A DNA stretch of 64,000 nucleotides from assembly GCA_026023565.1 (NCBI GenBank), contig JAPETS010000036.1, positions 248,001-312,000 of the forward strand, in the 5' to 3' direction. The notes beneath the pieces were generated by a model. The model ran no database searches, was not told where the DNA came from, and saw only the letters and a list, made by a program, of their open reading frames with translations. Each line of letters begins with the position of its first letter. Position 1 is the first letter of the stretch. Shown in pieces: positions 1 to 12,445 of the stretch. Position numbers and translations under genes: made by a program. This DNA is from Cirrosporium novae-zelandiae. Lineage: Eukaryota.

Positions 1-1945
1 GTCTCATCTAAGGTTTTTGGCAGTGATTTGAGAGTTTTGCTGAGGTCAGCCTTGGAGGCGCATTTTTTGATCTCGTCCATCTGGCATACAACCCAGCGGA
101 ACCTGGTAATGCATGAATCAGTCTGTGAACAACAAAAAACCTCAGAATGGCCCTATCTTAGGATCCTCCAGAAACATAGTCAATTGATAAGCATTCCAAC
201 CAAACTACAAAACGACCCATTCTTCCTTCTGTAAAGGAAAAAGGCTTCGAGGGGACAAAATCATACATTCCTTGTGCACCACTCGTCAGAGCATCTTCAA
301 TCTCCACTTACGTGCTGCGGGACCACCTTTTCAATTTGCCATCGCATAAAATATTTTCATGGACGAAATATCGGATATCGCTATCAACAACAGCCTCTTC
401 AAGGCATACTATACTCATAGTAATATGGTCTAGACTCTCTTCGATATCGGTTTCTCTCCTGCTTGTTGCTAATATATGAAGACTTTCAATATTTTTTTCT
501 CTTATATCAGCAATAATTTTCAGCATTTTTTCTCTTTCTCCACACTCATCAAGAGAGTCAATGACTACGTAGGTGCATCTTAAAAGGGAGGCGATATTTA
601 AGAGCTCTGCGGTAAGATCGCTATTTGACGGTTTCATAGTCCCCGAGTTGCATTGTGAATATAGGCGAGTGAGAGAATCCGGAACGTCTCCATATTTATA
701 ACAGAGTTGTTGGACTAGCGACCGTAGCATCCCTTCACATGTTTTTTTTGCCTACGACTGGAAGTCAAAGTAAAAGTACACGACTGCTTTTCCGACTGTC
801 TGGTCATAATTGTCATGGAGATTCTGTATGATTGTTGAGCTAGAATTGGTCAGTAATTGCCTAAGGTATTTGATAGAGGATGAGAACGAGAAAGATATTC
901 TGGTCGTGAATTAAAGAATGAAGTGGATGTTTCTGTTGCGTATGATCTCACTGACCTTAATATTGTCTTTCCGGCGCCAGCTGTGGCTCGTAAGTAGTCA
1001 ATCTCTATAATAGACGCATAGCTTTACCTTTCCCGTTCAGCCACAAGAATGAACAAGGATCACGTTGCCATTCTCTATATGTTTCCCCAACAAGAAACCA
1101 ATCTCCTGTTTTGTCCTGATGGCGGTCACAAGCAGCATTGAAGTTCGTCGAAGGATCAAGTTCTTGAGGAGCTAGCCAGGCTAGCACTGCTCGTTTGTGG
1201 TTATCTTCAATCTTCTATCAGCACATCACATTCACATTTGAGAACATGAATACTAAATTTGAACGGCTTCATATTTTCTTGCGCAGTTGATATGAAACAG
1301 AATAATGGTCCTTGAAGCCCGAAATACCGAGAGACAGGCCTTCGGAAAATCGCATATTCAATATGGAACCCTCCAACTCTTCATGAATAAACATTAAATA
1401 AAGACAATAGGATTATTTGCAGTGCAACAAATTCTGATAATTGAAGAGAATGGGTGTACTATACCTATCTTCATAGACTTCAGGTCATCCTGAATATCTA
1501 ATGCCACCGATGCGATGTCTGTTTCAATGGCCACTGCCATGATTCTATATCTTCCAATGTTTTCGACGTATTGCTCAACATCATCTTTCTTAAGCGGCCA
1601 TTTTAATGAATGTTTCACAACTTTCCATCGTCGTAAAGGCTTTGGATAACCCTTCCAACGAAGCCTCTCCCCTAGTGCTTGGACTTCGGCTTCGCAATCT
1701 CCAAGGGTTCCACCAGGTGAGGTAAATTTTTGCAAAGTTGGTAGGCGAGAGTTCTTCTTGTCCTTTTCTGCTTTTAAAGCTAGTTCCTTAATATTCCCTA
1801 GAACAACATTTAGTTCTTCAAGTGCTTTGATAGTCCTATTGATATCCTCAATAGCATGATGAGCATCCTTCGCGTATTGTCGGCACGTGGTTATCACCGA
1901 GGTGGTGATTTGAACGATTGCAATTACACTTGCCGCAACCTCCAT
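1..1945 (-). pseudogene. Fungal NLR/STAND gene (HeLo-like N-terminal domain + NACHT) with two in-frame stops; runs off the left edge
   Basis: N-terminus MEVAASVIAIVQIT...SLKWPLKKDDV is typical of fungal STAND N-terminal domains. Spliced NACHT motifs: LWLNGK/AGAGKTIL (Walker A), YFYFDF, YVVIDSLDEC (Walker B), ILATSR, AQGM/FRWVVCQ...LPKTLDET. In-frame TAG at 752-754 and TAA at 308-310, with the homologous frame continuing on both sides. Confidence 0.85.
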
Positions 1946-2463
1946 AATCCAAGATTGGATCAGGCTGAGATGGAGAGTCTCGGTTTAGGAATAATTCTGT
2001 TGAAGCTGAGTCAACGGTTTGTAATGGATTAACACCGCTGAAGCAAAAGATTAGGAGGAGATAGGATATAAATAAATAAAACGAAGAAAAGGACTGGTGA
2101 GGATAACAGAGAGAAGAGGAGAGTAAAAAGTAAATGTTGAGAGAAGGACTCATATGAGGGAAGAGGCTGAGGGGTTGAGAGATAGATAAGGCGCCAGTGA
2201 AAGCCAGCTTTATGTACAGTACCTAGGTACCTAGGTAGTTAGATAATTCTGGTGGTATATTTCCAATGAGAAGTGAGATTGAAAATTACCAATTACAATA
2301 TACCCTTACTAGTGTGGACCATTGGGGGCTAATTAGTGTAAGGGATTGTGTTCATAGAAATCACGTGCGTGCAAGGGTATAAACGTTGAAGTAGATCACT
2401 TAGATACCTAGGTATCTAGCATTACACCTAACCTACCCTCAAGTTAGAATACAACTTCTAACT

Positions 2464-3653
2464 ATGCGCCCGAGAAAGTCACACACCAAGTCTCGGAGAG
2501 GATGTCTCGAGTGTAAGAGAAGACATATTAAAGTCAGCACCCTGTTTTCTTACTATCTCTGCCTTTCTAACTATATGGATAGTGCGATGAAAAGCGTCCG
2601 CAATGTTCCAATTGCAAGCGACTGGCTATGAAATGCATGTGGTCATCATTACCAGCTAGACCTAATATCTCCTCAAAACCTCTAGCTGCGAAGACACTAG
2701 GCATCGTCCACAGTTTCAATAGCATTTCTACGAGCCTCAAAGACGATAGCACTGTATTAGGCCAGCTTGCAATCAGGGACCTAAAGCTCTTGCATCACTT
2801 TTCTATAGCTACGTACGCCACATTGGATACTGTAGTGGCTCAGCAGCGAATATGGCAAGAAGATGTTATTCAAATGGGTTTCCAGTATCCCTTCGTCCTC
2901 CGTGGAATCTTAGCCATTTCCGCCTTACACCTTGCAACTCTCAGCTCCACCCTCAGCACCGACCTCCTCATCCAGGCCTCCACTCAGCACAATCGCGCCC
3001 TAGGCGATTTCCGCACTACTCTAATTAACATCAATGAGAGTAACTGTACTCCCCTATTTGCCATCTCATGCCTAACCGTCGTACATGCTTTTGCTGTAGC
3101 GCAGATACAAACCACTCAAGATCCCGTGGCGGATATTTTAAATTGCCTCCACCTAATCCGAGGGGTGAATTCCGTGTTGCAGCCGTATTGGCCCAAGCTG
3201 ATGGCTTCTGAATTATCCCCTCGGTTAGATAACGGCTGGAGACGGGGAGTGGCGGGTGAGGTGCCGGAAATCTTACGGCTCAAGGTCCTCGTCAATTCTT
3301 TACCGAACCTGGATAATGGCATAACAAACACCGCATATATGCAAGCAATCGAACAACTACATGTAGTATTTCTTGAAGTCATGACCAGTGACGAGAATCG
3401 GTCGGACTTAGCGCTTCTGTTCACCTGGCCGATCACCTTGTCGGAAAAATTCCTGACATTATTGTCGTCCAGGCAGCCAGTTGCAATGATCATTTTGGCG
3501 CATTTTGTAGCGTTTCTCCACTACAAGAAAAGCTACTGCTGGTGGCTTTCGCAGTCGAATAAACACATCATCAATGCTATTAATGTTTCCCTTGGTTTCA
3601 ATTATAGGGAGTGGCTTTCGTGGCCGAAGCAAATATGCAAGATTGTGATGTAG
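2464..3653 (+). CDS. Zn(II)2Cys6 transcription factor, Upc2/Ecm22-like
   Basis: ATG 2464, intron 2533-2582. Spliced cluster RKSHTKSRRGCLECKRRHIK/CDEKRPQCSNCKRLAMKC, then DLKLLHHF...ILAISALHLA...WP...PVAMIILAHF...WLSWP typical of Upc2-like C-termini. Confidence 0.9.
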
Positions 3654-4674
3654 AATTGATGTCCAACTGAGGGTTAGACCTCCAGCCCCAATCCATGCAT
3701 AGCATTTAAATTTGCCTCGCATCGACTCCTAGCGAGATTCCCGCGTATGGATCAATCTGATCGAGAGGATTTGAAGTTATTACCCACAAAATCTACATCT
3801 TCCTAAGATAAGCCACCTGTTCGTGAATTCCATTTTCTTTCTATATTTGTATTAGTCTTGATGTCTATAGAAGTTACCCTCAGTGATAACATCGATGACT
3901 CCTTGTGCAACGCCGTTTACGACAAGACCGAACAAGACTTGCTTTTCTTAATTTATCTAAAGCCAAACCATTGAAGCTGGCCCCAGTCCCCTTCTATTCC
4001 ATGGTCAAAACCATACCGGATTATAAGGCCTCTTGGCCTGTCAGCTTGGACCTTCTTTGTAGCATAAGTTATGTGCTTGTCTACCTTTGGCAAAGCCCTT
4101 TGCAAAAGCCATTACCTTACCCCGCCTACATGATGTATCACTACCAAGCCATGCTTAAAGAGTCATTCTGAACTGAAATTAGCATGGTGACAGATACAGG
4201 CGTGAAGGGCCTTGGAAAATGTACATTTTTTTCTCGCTAATACCTCCAGTCATGGCTGAACCTCTTTGCTGACTTCGAAGGCGAAGAATGGAAACCATAT
4301 AGGGGATTTGGCATGTACTACAATGAACGATGCTAATGCCGTCATTACTAAATCTGAAAAGGTTAGGAAAAGTGACAAATTGTCAAAGCCTGCTTCTTTG
4401 TGAGTACGATTGATGATGTCAGGTTAGGGAAGCTTACGCTCGATTTATTCATGATATTATTGGTCTTAAAAACCCCTTTTGAAGCAGAGTTTTTCCCTTA
4501 TACACGTAAATAGTGTTATCATCGTGATATACAATATCCTATGCCTATCATCTACCGTTACCTTGATGTTTGATTGTTCGTCATTGCAGTAGTTCATATG
4601 GCAAGGCAATGTGCATTTAAACTTTTGCGGACCGTCCTCGCTTACTGGGGGGACCTTTGATTGCCTGGCTACGC

Positions 4675-4728
4675 GAATACGCTCAATACGTTGAATACGC
4701 TCGATACGTTGAATACGTTGAATACGTT
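4675..4728. repeat. 9-bp tandem repeat x6 (consensus GAATACGTT) upstream of the RTA1-like gene
   Basis: Units gaatacgct, caatacgtt, gaatacgct, cgatacgtt, gaatacgtt, gaatacgtt read directly. Confidence 0.9.
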
Positions 4729-5275
4729 CGCACCGTTAGGTCCTCTAGCATGCTTGATGTACAATCATATGCTCTGAAATGGAATCCTTCTAGAGAGGGC
4801 CACGCTCCAAGTCTCGATCATGTTCCTTTTAATGCGACGACGGATACAATTGATACGGTGAAGCTATCCAAATACTTTAAATGTCTGCAACTTGGCCGAA
4901 TAGACCAAGTTTACTAGGTCTGTCCTGCTCGATGGCTGTATCAATCTCAAATCCCACCAGAAAGTTAGAGGATCCGGCAGAATTGGGGGCACGACAGATC
5001 TCACCAGCTACCGTCGATTTGCGAAGTGCAAGTTGTATACTTCCAATGCCCCTTTCGCCAAGTGCTCCTTTATAAGACTTGGGCCATCGCCCTCGTCCAC
5101 AGAGATTATTAACAGCGCGGTTTATAAACTACTTGAGTCTTCGTTCACTTGATTCGCTTCATATTACGAGTGTCCTATCGTTATAAATCCATCTTTTCAA
5201 CGCCCACAACGATAAAAATTGCAAACAATTCATACCCATACTTAAGAAATCGTGATCAAGAGTACCATATCAACC

Positions 5276-6229
5276 ATGCTACGTATCCGTGAAGATGATA
5301 TTTTCGCGCTCTACCGCTATACGCCTACCCTCATTCCTCCGATAGTTACAGTAACACTGTTTTTCAGTGGTGCTATTTTTCACGCATTCCTAGTTCAAAG
5401 GCTGCGTGCGAAATACTTTATTCCATTTGTTGTGGGATGTAGCAGTAAATCAATACTCTCCTATTCCTACTGTAACAATGCGTAACAATTTTTTATAGTG
5501 GAAGGCTTGGGTTACACTGGCCGAATATGGTCACACTACGATAAGGAAGGCTTGCCCGGTTATATAATCCAGTCACTACTCATTCTCATCGCACCAGCTC
5601 TCTTCGCGGCCTCAATTTACATGGTTCTAGGCCGCATCATCGGCCTTGTCGATGGTCAGCAACATTCCATTATCCCCCTTAAATGGCTCACCAAAGTCTT
5701 CGTCACTGGTGACAGCATTTCCTTTCTCGCTCAAGCCCTGGGGGGTGGTATACAATCTGCTGGAACCCTTGAGCTACTTCACGCAGGGGAAAAGATCATC
5801 GTTGCTGGGTTATTCGTCCAGATCTTTTTCTTCGGGGTCTTCGTCATTTTGGCTGTCATGTTCCATGTCCGGATTTACATGTCTCCGACAAGGCTATCAT
5901 GTAGCCCATCGATTCCATGGCGGCGCCATTTCTGGGCGCTCTACCTGACTAGTGGTATCATTCTTGTCCGTAGCATTTTTCGTATCATCGAATATATGAT
6001 GGGCAATTCCGGATGGATTTTGGAGCATGAGTTCATGCTCTATGTTTTTGATACTACTTTGATGCTTGTGGTTGTCGTGGTTTTTTTGGTTCAGCATCCA
6101 GGGAAGCTATTCTTGGATGCCAAGAGAACTGCTTCAGAAATCAATCTTAGTACAATGGGTGCTAATCCGGATGTGCATGGGACATATGAGGAATTACTGC
6201 CCGGCTGTGGGCACGCTTTAGCGGGTTAA
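5276..6229 (+). CDS. RTA1-like (lipid-translocating exporter family) membrane protein
   Basis: ATG 5276, intron 5445-5498. Motifs YRYTP, LIAPALFAASIYMVLGR, FVTGDSISFLAQALGGG, GLFVQ, RSIFRIIEY, HEFMLYVFD. Confidence 0.92.
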
Positions 6230-6930
6230 CAAAGAGGCTTATCCCTTTTATGTCCAAAATCTTAGATATAGAGTTAGCAACGGAAGCTCAAGGAACCGAA
6301 ACTACACTACATGTACTTGATAAGGCCTCGGACTCGTTACCACTACTGTTCTTGGTCATGTATAAATATAACCAGCATTATCCATTGACGATCTTGAGAT
6401 TATGTGCAAGCAACAAACATCCAAGAATAGCCACCATCTATGCTTTTACCCAAGACATTTTCTCTACAATCCTATCTCAAAGACGGCAAAACGTATGAAA
6501 ACAATATGCAAATGCTCTATACATTTGTTGACGGTTGTCCTTCATATTATCCGTTTTCTATAACAGCGTGTTCGGGAACGGTCCATTAGTGTGCTACGTG
6601 GTGGGATTCATGCCAAAGCTTGAGGTCGTATTCCAATCAATGGGAGAGTTATGAATACGATCGAAACGGGTAAAGATGACGAATGGGTTATAGCCGAACT
6701 TGGTGCAAAAAAATATCATCGTGGGTAGCAAATAATCTACCAATGAAGACTGAACAACGAATATGAGAGCAATCGGATGACCCAGAATCTGCATCATTCC
6801 CTACAAAAATATAGCTCGGATGGAGAACAATCCGGGAGATTGTTATGGGTACCAGTTATATATAGTTGGGAGTGTCCGGCCCTGCTGAACTTATCCTACG
6901 TAGTGCGAGAATAGCTACTTGCAACTCAAA

Positions 6931-9900
6931 ATGCTCAATTCCGTACTCGTTTTGCTTTTGTCTCTGGCGATATGTCAAACTGCCTGGTCATGGAAATTCC
7001 TCCCAGGTTTTAGTTCTCCACTCACAGAATATCGACCAAAGTTTCGTTATTGGTAATGCCATCTCTTTGATCCCTGACTGCTATCGCTAAAGACTTTCGG
7101 GGACTGACTTTTTCGAAGGCTCCCTGACGCTAGCGCCTCTGCAGATGTTGTCCGCCAGGACATTTCTAGCCTCGCTGACGTAGGTGCTGGAGGGTTGGAG
7201 TTCTTACCATTCTATCTTTACGGACTACCTACCTCAGGAGCGGTACCACCAACAGACTGGAACAAATATGGGTTTGGTACACAGGCGTTCAGAGATATTT
7301 TTAAAGTCGCATTGACCGAAACCAAAACCAAAAGTCTCGTTATGGACTTCGCAATCGGCGCAAATCAAGGGCAAGGTGTTCCATCCATCTGGGAACGCCA
7401 GGTCTAGCAGTCGAGCTCGTCTTTGGCAATGCCTCTGTAGCCGCTGGCCAAACATTTAATGGCCCGCCTCCGACACCAAACATCAATTTCTGGGTCGACG
7501 AGGGCTTCATGGCTGATCCAGAGAAGTTTGGCCCAAATATCTTGAAAGCCGTCATCGCTGGTCGCGTTGTTTCAAGTACGTTGGGAAATATTGGTCCATT
7601 GATGTTATTTACATTGATATATTATATATAGGTAACGGTGGTCTAGATTCAAACCATCCGGTTCAACAAACAGTTTTGGGCGAATCATCAATAGTGGATC
7701 TTACATCCCTTTCCGAAAATTGGACTTTGAATTGGACTGCACCCACTAGCAATGGCACTCACAGGGTCATCGCGTTCTATGAAAAGTATACTAATCAAAG
7801 AGCTTGCAAAGGAGGAGTAAATGCCACGAATTATATTGGCAATGGCTCCTGGATAGTTGATCATTTCAGTGCGGATGGAGCTGCTAGAACAACGGATTTC
7901 CTCGACCAACACCTTATTAATGGGGATGTAAAAAAGCTAGTGTCGCAGGTTGGAAATTACTGTGCGTATATTCTGTCAAAATGTGTTCTGGTACTCATTA
8001 TGTTGAATCGAATATTCGTCAGCTTGGGAGGATAGCATGGAACAGCAGGCCTCGCTCTTCTGGACGCCAGATTTTCTCGATAACTTTGCCGCAAGGCGAG
8101 GCTACAGCGCGATCAAATATCTACCTCTATTTTTCAGCACCAAAAATCAATGGGGTCAAGTTTATCCTCCTTACAACGAAACCTTCATATACGGCCAGTA
8201 TGACTCCAATGGAGAGAGCGTCCACATAACAGATTACCGGTTGACATTGAATGAGGGGTATCAAGACTATATCAATCATCTCAACCTATGGAGCCGATCT
8301 ATCGGCATAAACTACTCTTGTCAACCTGCGTATAACTTACCCTTGGAAATGGTATGTAATGCTTTCTAATTACAGCCCTGATGTTTCTTCTAGCTTCACC
8401 AACAACTCTAACGATGTTGATAATTAGCTTGCCGACACTCCTACTGTTGCTGTTCCAGAGCTTGAATCCTTGGGTCTCAAAAATATCGCGAGATATCGAC
8501 AATTTAACGGTCCGGCTCATCTGAACCAAATGAAAATTATTTCCACTGAAGTGGGAGGCGAAAGCACAGGAGCATATGAGCAGACAGTACCCCAGCTTCT
8601 GGCACTATTTAGGAATTCCTTTGCTGCTGGTGTGAATATGATGGTTGTTCATGGTTCTCCGTATTCTGGCGACTACGCTGAAACAACCTGGCCCGGGTAC
8701 ACTCCGTTCTATTACACAACTACAGATATGTGGAATAGGAAACAGCCTGCTTGGAAGCATTTCAAGGATATCATGGACTTCACAGCACGGAACCAGCTGG
8801 TGCTGCAAACTGGCACTGCACGGACAGATTTGGCGTTTTATCTATACGAAGCCCCATGGACGGGAACTAACTCGTACCAACCAGACAACCTTCGCGCTCA
8901 AGGTAGGAGTCATAATCTAGTCTCCATGTGTTACTAAGAAGGACTTTAGGTTACACATATGAATATCTTGGGCCAGAGAACCTACTTTCCGCTCACGCGG
9001 TTGTCAACTCATCTATCTTGGCCCCTGACGGACCAGCATACAAAGCGCTGATTTTCTCCAATGCAACTCAAATATCCTTTTCTGTAATAGACCGCATCAA
9101 CCACTTTGCCGCTTTCAATCTTCCGGTTATCTTTATCGGCAGACTTCCAACGGATTCCATCGGTTACACCGCAAATGGCGGGCTAGCTGTGTCGCAATTG
9201 CTAAATACCACCCTCTCACAGCACAAGTCCGTACGCCAGATTTCAGATAGCAGCGAGTTATCCGCGGCCCTTGAAGCAGCTGGAATATCGCCCAGGGCGT
9301 CATTCACCTCCCCGTCGAGCTCATGGTATTCATTTTGGCGCTCAGATACAAAGAACAAACAAAAGCTAGTGTATCTTTTTAATGGCGGGGACGCAAAAAC
9401 CGTAGACATCAACTTCACGGTTGCAAGCAACGCCGTCCCATTCATACTAGACACGTGGACTGGTGACCAATTACCCCTTCTACAATATAATCGAACCAAG
9501 TCCGGTATCTCAGCTCCAATCCACCTTCGCACAAATCAAAGCTTTGTTATTGCTTTTACACAAAACCTCGAAGCCGCCGCACCTTCAGTCCACGTGGAGT
9601 CGACGTCCGGTGGTGTCGTAGACTTGCTGTACTCTCAGGAAGCTGGGATTGAAGTCCGCACAACAAGCCTTGCTACCGTCACTCTTCAAGACGGGAAGTC
9701 GTTCAATCTGAATGGCCAAGCTCCTGCACCACTCAACCTAACCCGCTGAGATCTCACCGTCGAGGATCGGCACGGACCCGCCGATAACAACAGCAGCAGC
9801 ACCACGACAGTAATCACGCAGCGTCACGTCGGCATCGTATTGCTACAACCATGGACCCAGATTCCCGGCCTAGAAGACGTAAGCGGAATCGGCTCCTACC

Positions 9901-10271
9901 ACACAACCTTCCAATATCCATGCAACAACACAAACACATCCAACATCGCAGCATACATCACCTTCGGCCCGGTGCTCCATACCATTCGGGCGTGGATCAA
10001 CGAGCAGCAACTGCCCCCCCTCGACGACACCGACGCAAGGGCAGACATGACCCCGTTCCTAATAAAAAACGGCACAAACGCCATCCGCGTCGAGGTCACC
10101 AGTACATTATTCAACCGCGTTAGGTCTGTAGCCGCCAACCCGACCATGGTGGGTGCGTCGGTCGAGCTGACCAACCCGACTTATGCAACCAGGCCGCGGA
10201 TGGAATTTGGGTTGGTAGGCCCGGTGGTGGTCACGTTTGCGTTGAGGCATCGCTTGGGAATGGGAGGATAA
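6931..10271 (+). pseudogene. Secreted GH106 / alpha-L-rhamnosidase-like glycoside hydrolase, disrupted
   Basis: Signal peptide MLNSVLVLLLSLAICQTAWS, then RPKFRYW/LPDAS, GAGGLEFLPFY, DFAIGANQGQGVP, GSWIVDHFS, WEDSME, QPAYNLP, PELESLG, ISTEVG, GVNMMVVHG, TWPGYTPF. Frameshift at ~7388-7392 (GVPSI then GTPGLAVELVFG in another frame); TGA at 9747-9749 where Trp is expected (LTR*DLTVED), with the frame continuing to 10271. Confidence 0.82.
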
Positions 10272-11790
10272 GGCGTTGTATTTTGGGTGGATGGGTGGAC
10301 TTGCTTGTTGTACGCTTTTGTTTTGTTTTTTGTTTTCGGGTCGGGGACGAGCTTTTATGGAGGGGGGGAGGGATTGGAAGGTTATCTATAGCTATAGCTA
10401 TGGACAGACAAGAAAAAAGCCCCCCCCCCCCCACCCTCGCCGTTACTTTTAGGAGATACAAAAGTACCACGACGTTTGTTAGACGAAAATCAAAGTCATT
10501 ACCACCCACCCACTACATCTTTCCTTAGACTATCGCCCCCGCGTTTTTTTTGTCGAGTTATCAAAGGTAGCGAATTATACAGTACATATTTACGATCGAA
10601 TCAATATACTTACTATAGCCTGAAAATGAATTAAATAAATGAATGAATGAATGAAACGAATAACCAATATGTATGTATGTATAATTCCGCAACCTCATCC
10701 CCCTCATTAACAACCCCAATTCCTAAAAAACCCCAAACCCTCTACTATTCATTCATTCCATCCCTATCAAACCATAGTCCCAGGAATCGAATCCAAATAA
10801 TTGACATGCCGAAAAGAAAAAAGGGATTTAGGAGATTTTAGGATTATGGGGTTATGGGGTTATGGGCGTAGAAGGAGGGAGGGTGGGTATTGAGAGGGAT
10901 TGAGAGGAGTGGAGGACTGTAGGAGTAGAATGGTGTGCTTAGGTATGGATGGTACGTAGGTACGTAGGTACGTAGGTACGTAGGTATGCATAGTATGGAT
11001 AAAGGAAGGATTCTTCCAAGGGGAACATTTCTCTGTTGTGTTCCGGTTACCGTAATGGAAATACTACCTACCAATCAATCATCAGCGGGAGCACTACTCG
11101 AGTAACTTAATTAACCCAGAAGTTCAATCCTTGAGTAACTCGACTCGATTCAACTTACATGGATACTTGCTCGCTCGCCCCAACCCAATCACACCCAAGT
11201 AACCCTTTAGCATGTATGTCCCCCTCGGTTCAGTGACACACTCATGGCTATCCGATCCGATCCCGTCTCTCGTCCCCCATGGCCCGTCCCCCATTGAATG
11301 GTGGGGGGCTGTGCACACGACGTACATGTACATCCTCCGGTCCCTCGTTGTCCCTAATGAAATTGTAGGGATAAGGAAATAGCGGGTTGCGGGTTGCGGG
11401 TTGCGGGTTGCGGGTTGCTGCATTTTGTTTCACGGATGATAAGTGGGGGGAGCGGGAAGAAACTTGGTAGGGGGGATTGCGGGGATAGAGTTTTTCATGT
11501 TTTAGGGGGGGCCCTGAGGATGGATGCTCTCAGGGAGTGTGTTGGTTACACGGATGGTCAAGGGTTGGGGATAGGATCTACCATGTAAAGTAAGACTATG
11601 GTGGGGGGGGGGTTTTTTATCATGTCTGGATTTAAATGCGAGGCTTTTTGATGGCCACATAATAATATAATTAGAGAGGGTGGAAAATATCCTAGCTATA
11701 ATTTGGCTGATATGATAGTAATTTAACTCCTTTCTTTCTTTTAAATTTGGCCCTCTTGATTCTTTTAAGAGAGGGCAACCATCCAATCCT
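10272..11790. repeat. Microsatellite/low-complexity island 1
   Basis: (GTACGTAG)n ~10951-10986, (GCGGGTT)5 11382-11416, (GGGGTTAT)n, (GAAT)n, poly-C/G runs. Confidence 0.8.
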
Positions 11791-11799
11791 GCGGTGAAT

Positions 11800-12445
11800 T
11801 TATTTCGGAGTCTCAGTTTCCCTCAACTCCTTCATCCCCTTGAACACCGAATCAAAGTCATATTCATTCCAGTTCACTCTGGGCTTCAACCCGGCAAACT
11901 TCCAGACACCATCGATCTTGCGGTAGTAGAGCTCGTTTGTGGCGTGGCCATGGCCCTTTACCCGGATTTTGGTCATGGAGGAGTCTTCATAGACCTGGTG
12001 GGCTGCGCGGAGTTGATGGTGTCCGATGACTTCGGTGTCGGAGAGCTTTTCCCACCATGTTCCTCCTATTAAGTGTTGGGTTTTGACTAGAGGGTCGCCA
12101 AGGAAACCTTCGTGGGAGACCATAGCCATGAATTCGTCCGCGCTCATGGAATCCCACTTTCGCATGCCAATCTGGGTATAATCAACGAGCATGGTGGGGG
12201 CGATGATCCCTCTGAGTCTTTTCCAGTCCTTTATTTCGCTATTAGCAATTGAGGGTTGGAAGAAGAACTTGCTGCTTTCCTTACCTTGGTGTCAAAGCTA
12301 TCGCCCCAGTCAAAGACGACCTTGTTGAGCTCAAGATAGTCTATAACTTGATCAGTATCAACTTGGTCGCACAAGCCAAGATCCTCTGCGTACCTTTGAA
12401 GCTGATGTCCAAGTTGGGGTTTTCGGCGTTGGTGATGAAAGCCAT
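11800..12445 (-). CDS. SCD1: Scytalone dehydratase (DHN-melanin pathway)
   Basis: Three exons: MAFITNAENPNLDISFK/DYLELNKVVFDWGDSFDTK/DWKRLRGIIAPTMLVDY...FLGDPLVKTQHLIG...HQLRAAHQVY...KGHGHA...WKFAGLKP. Confidence 0.95.

Noticed and set aside
4675..4728. CRISPR-like array or coding repeat (ORF 4657-4917, EYA/EYV)
   Set aside because: Contiguous 9-bp units with no spacers in a eukaryotic genome; the ORF has a non-ATG start and no homology cues.
11382..11418. (GCGGGTT)5 and (GGATTTA)3 at ~46462-46484 as interstitial telomere repeats
   Set aside because: Not TTAGGG; embedded among many unrelated SSRs.
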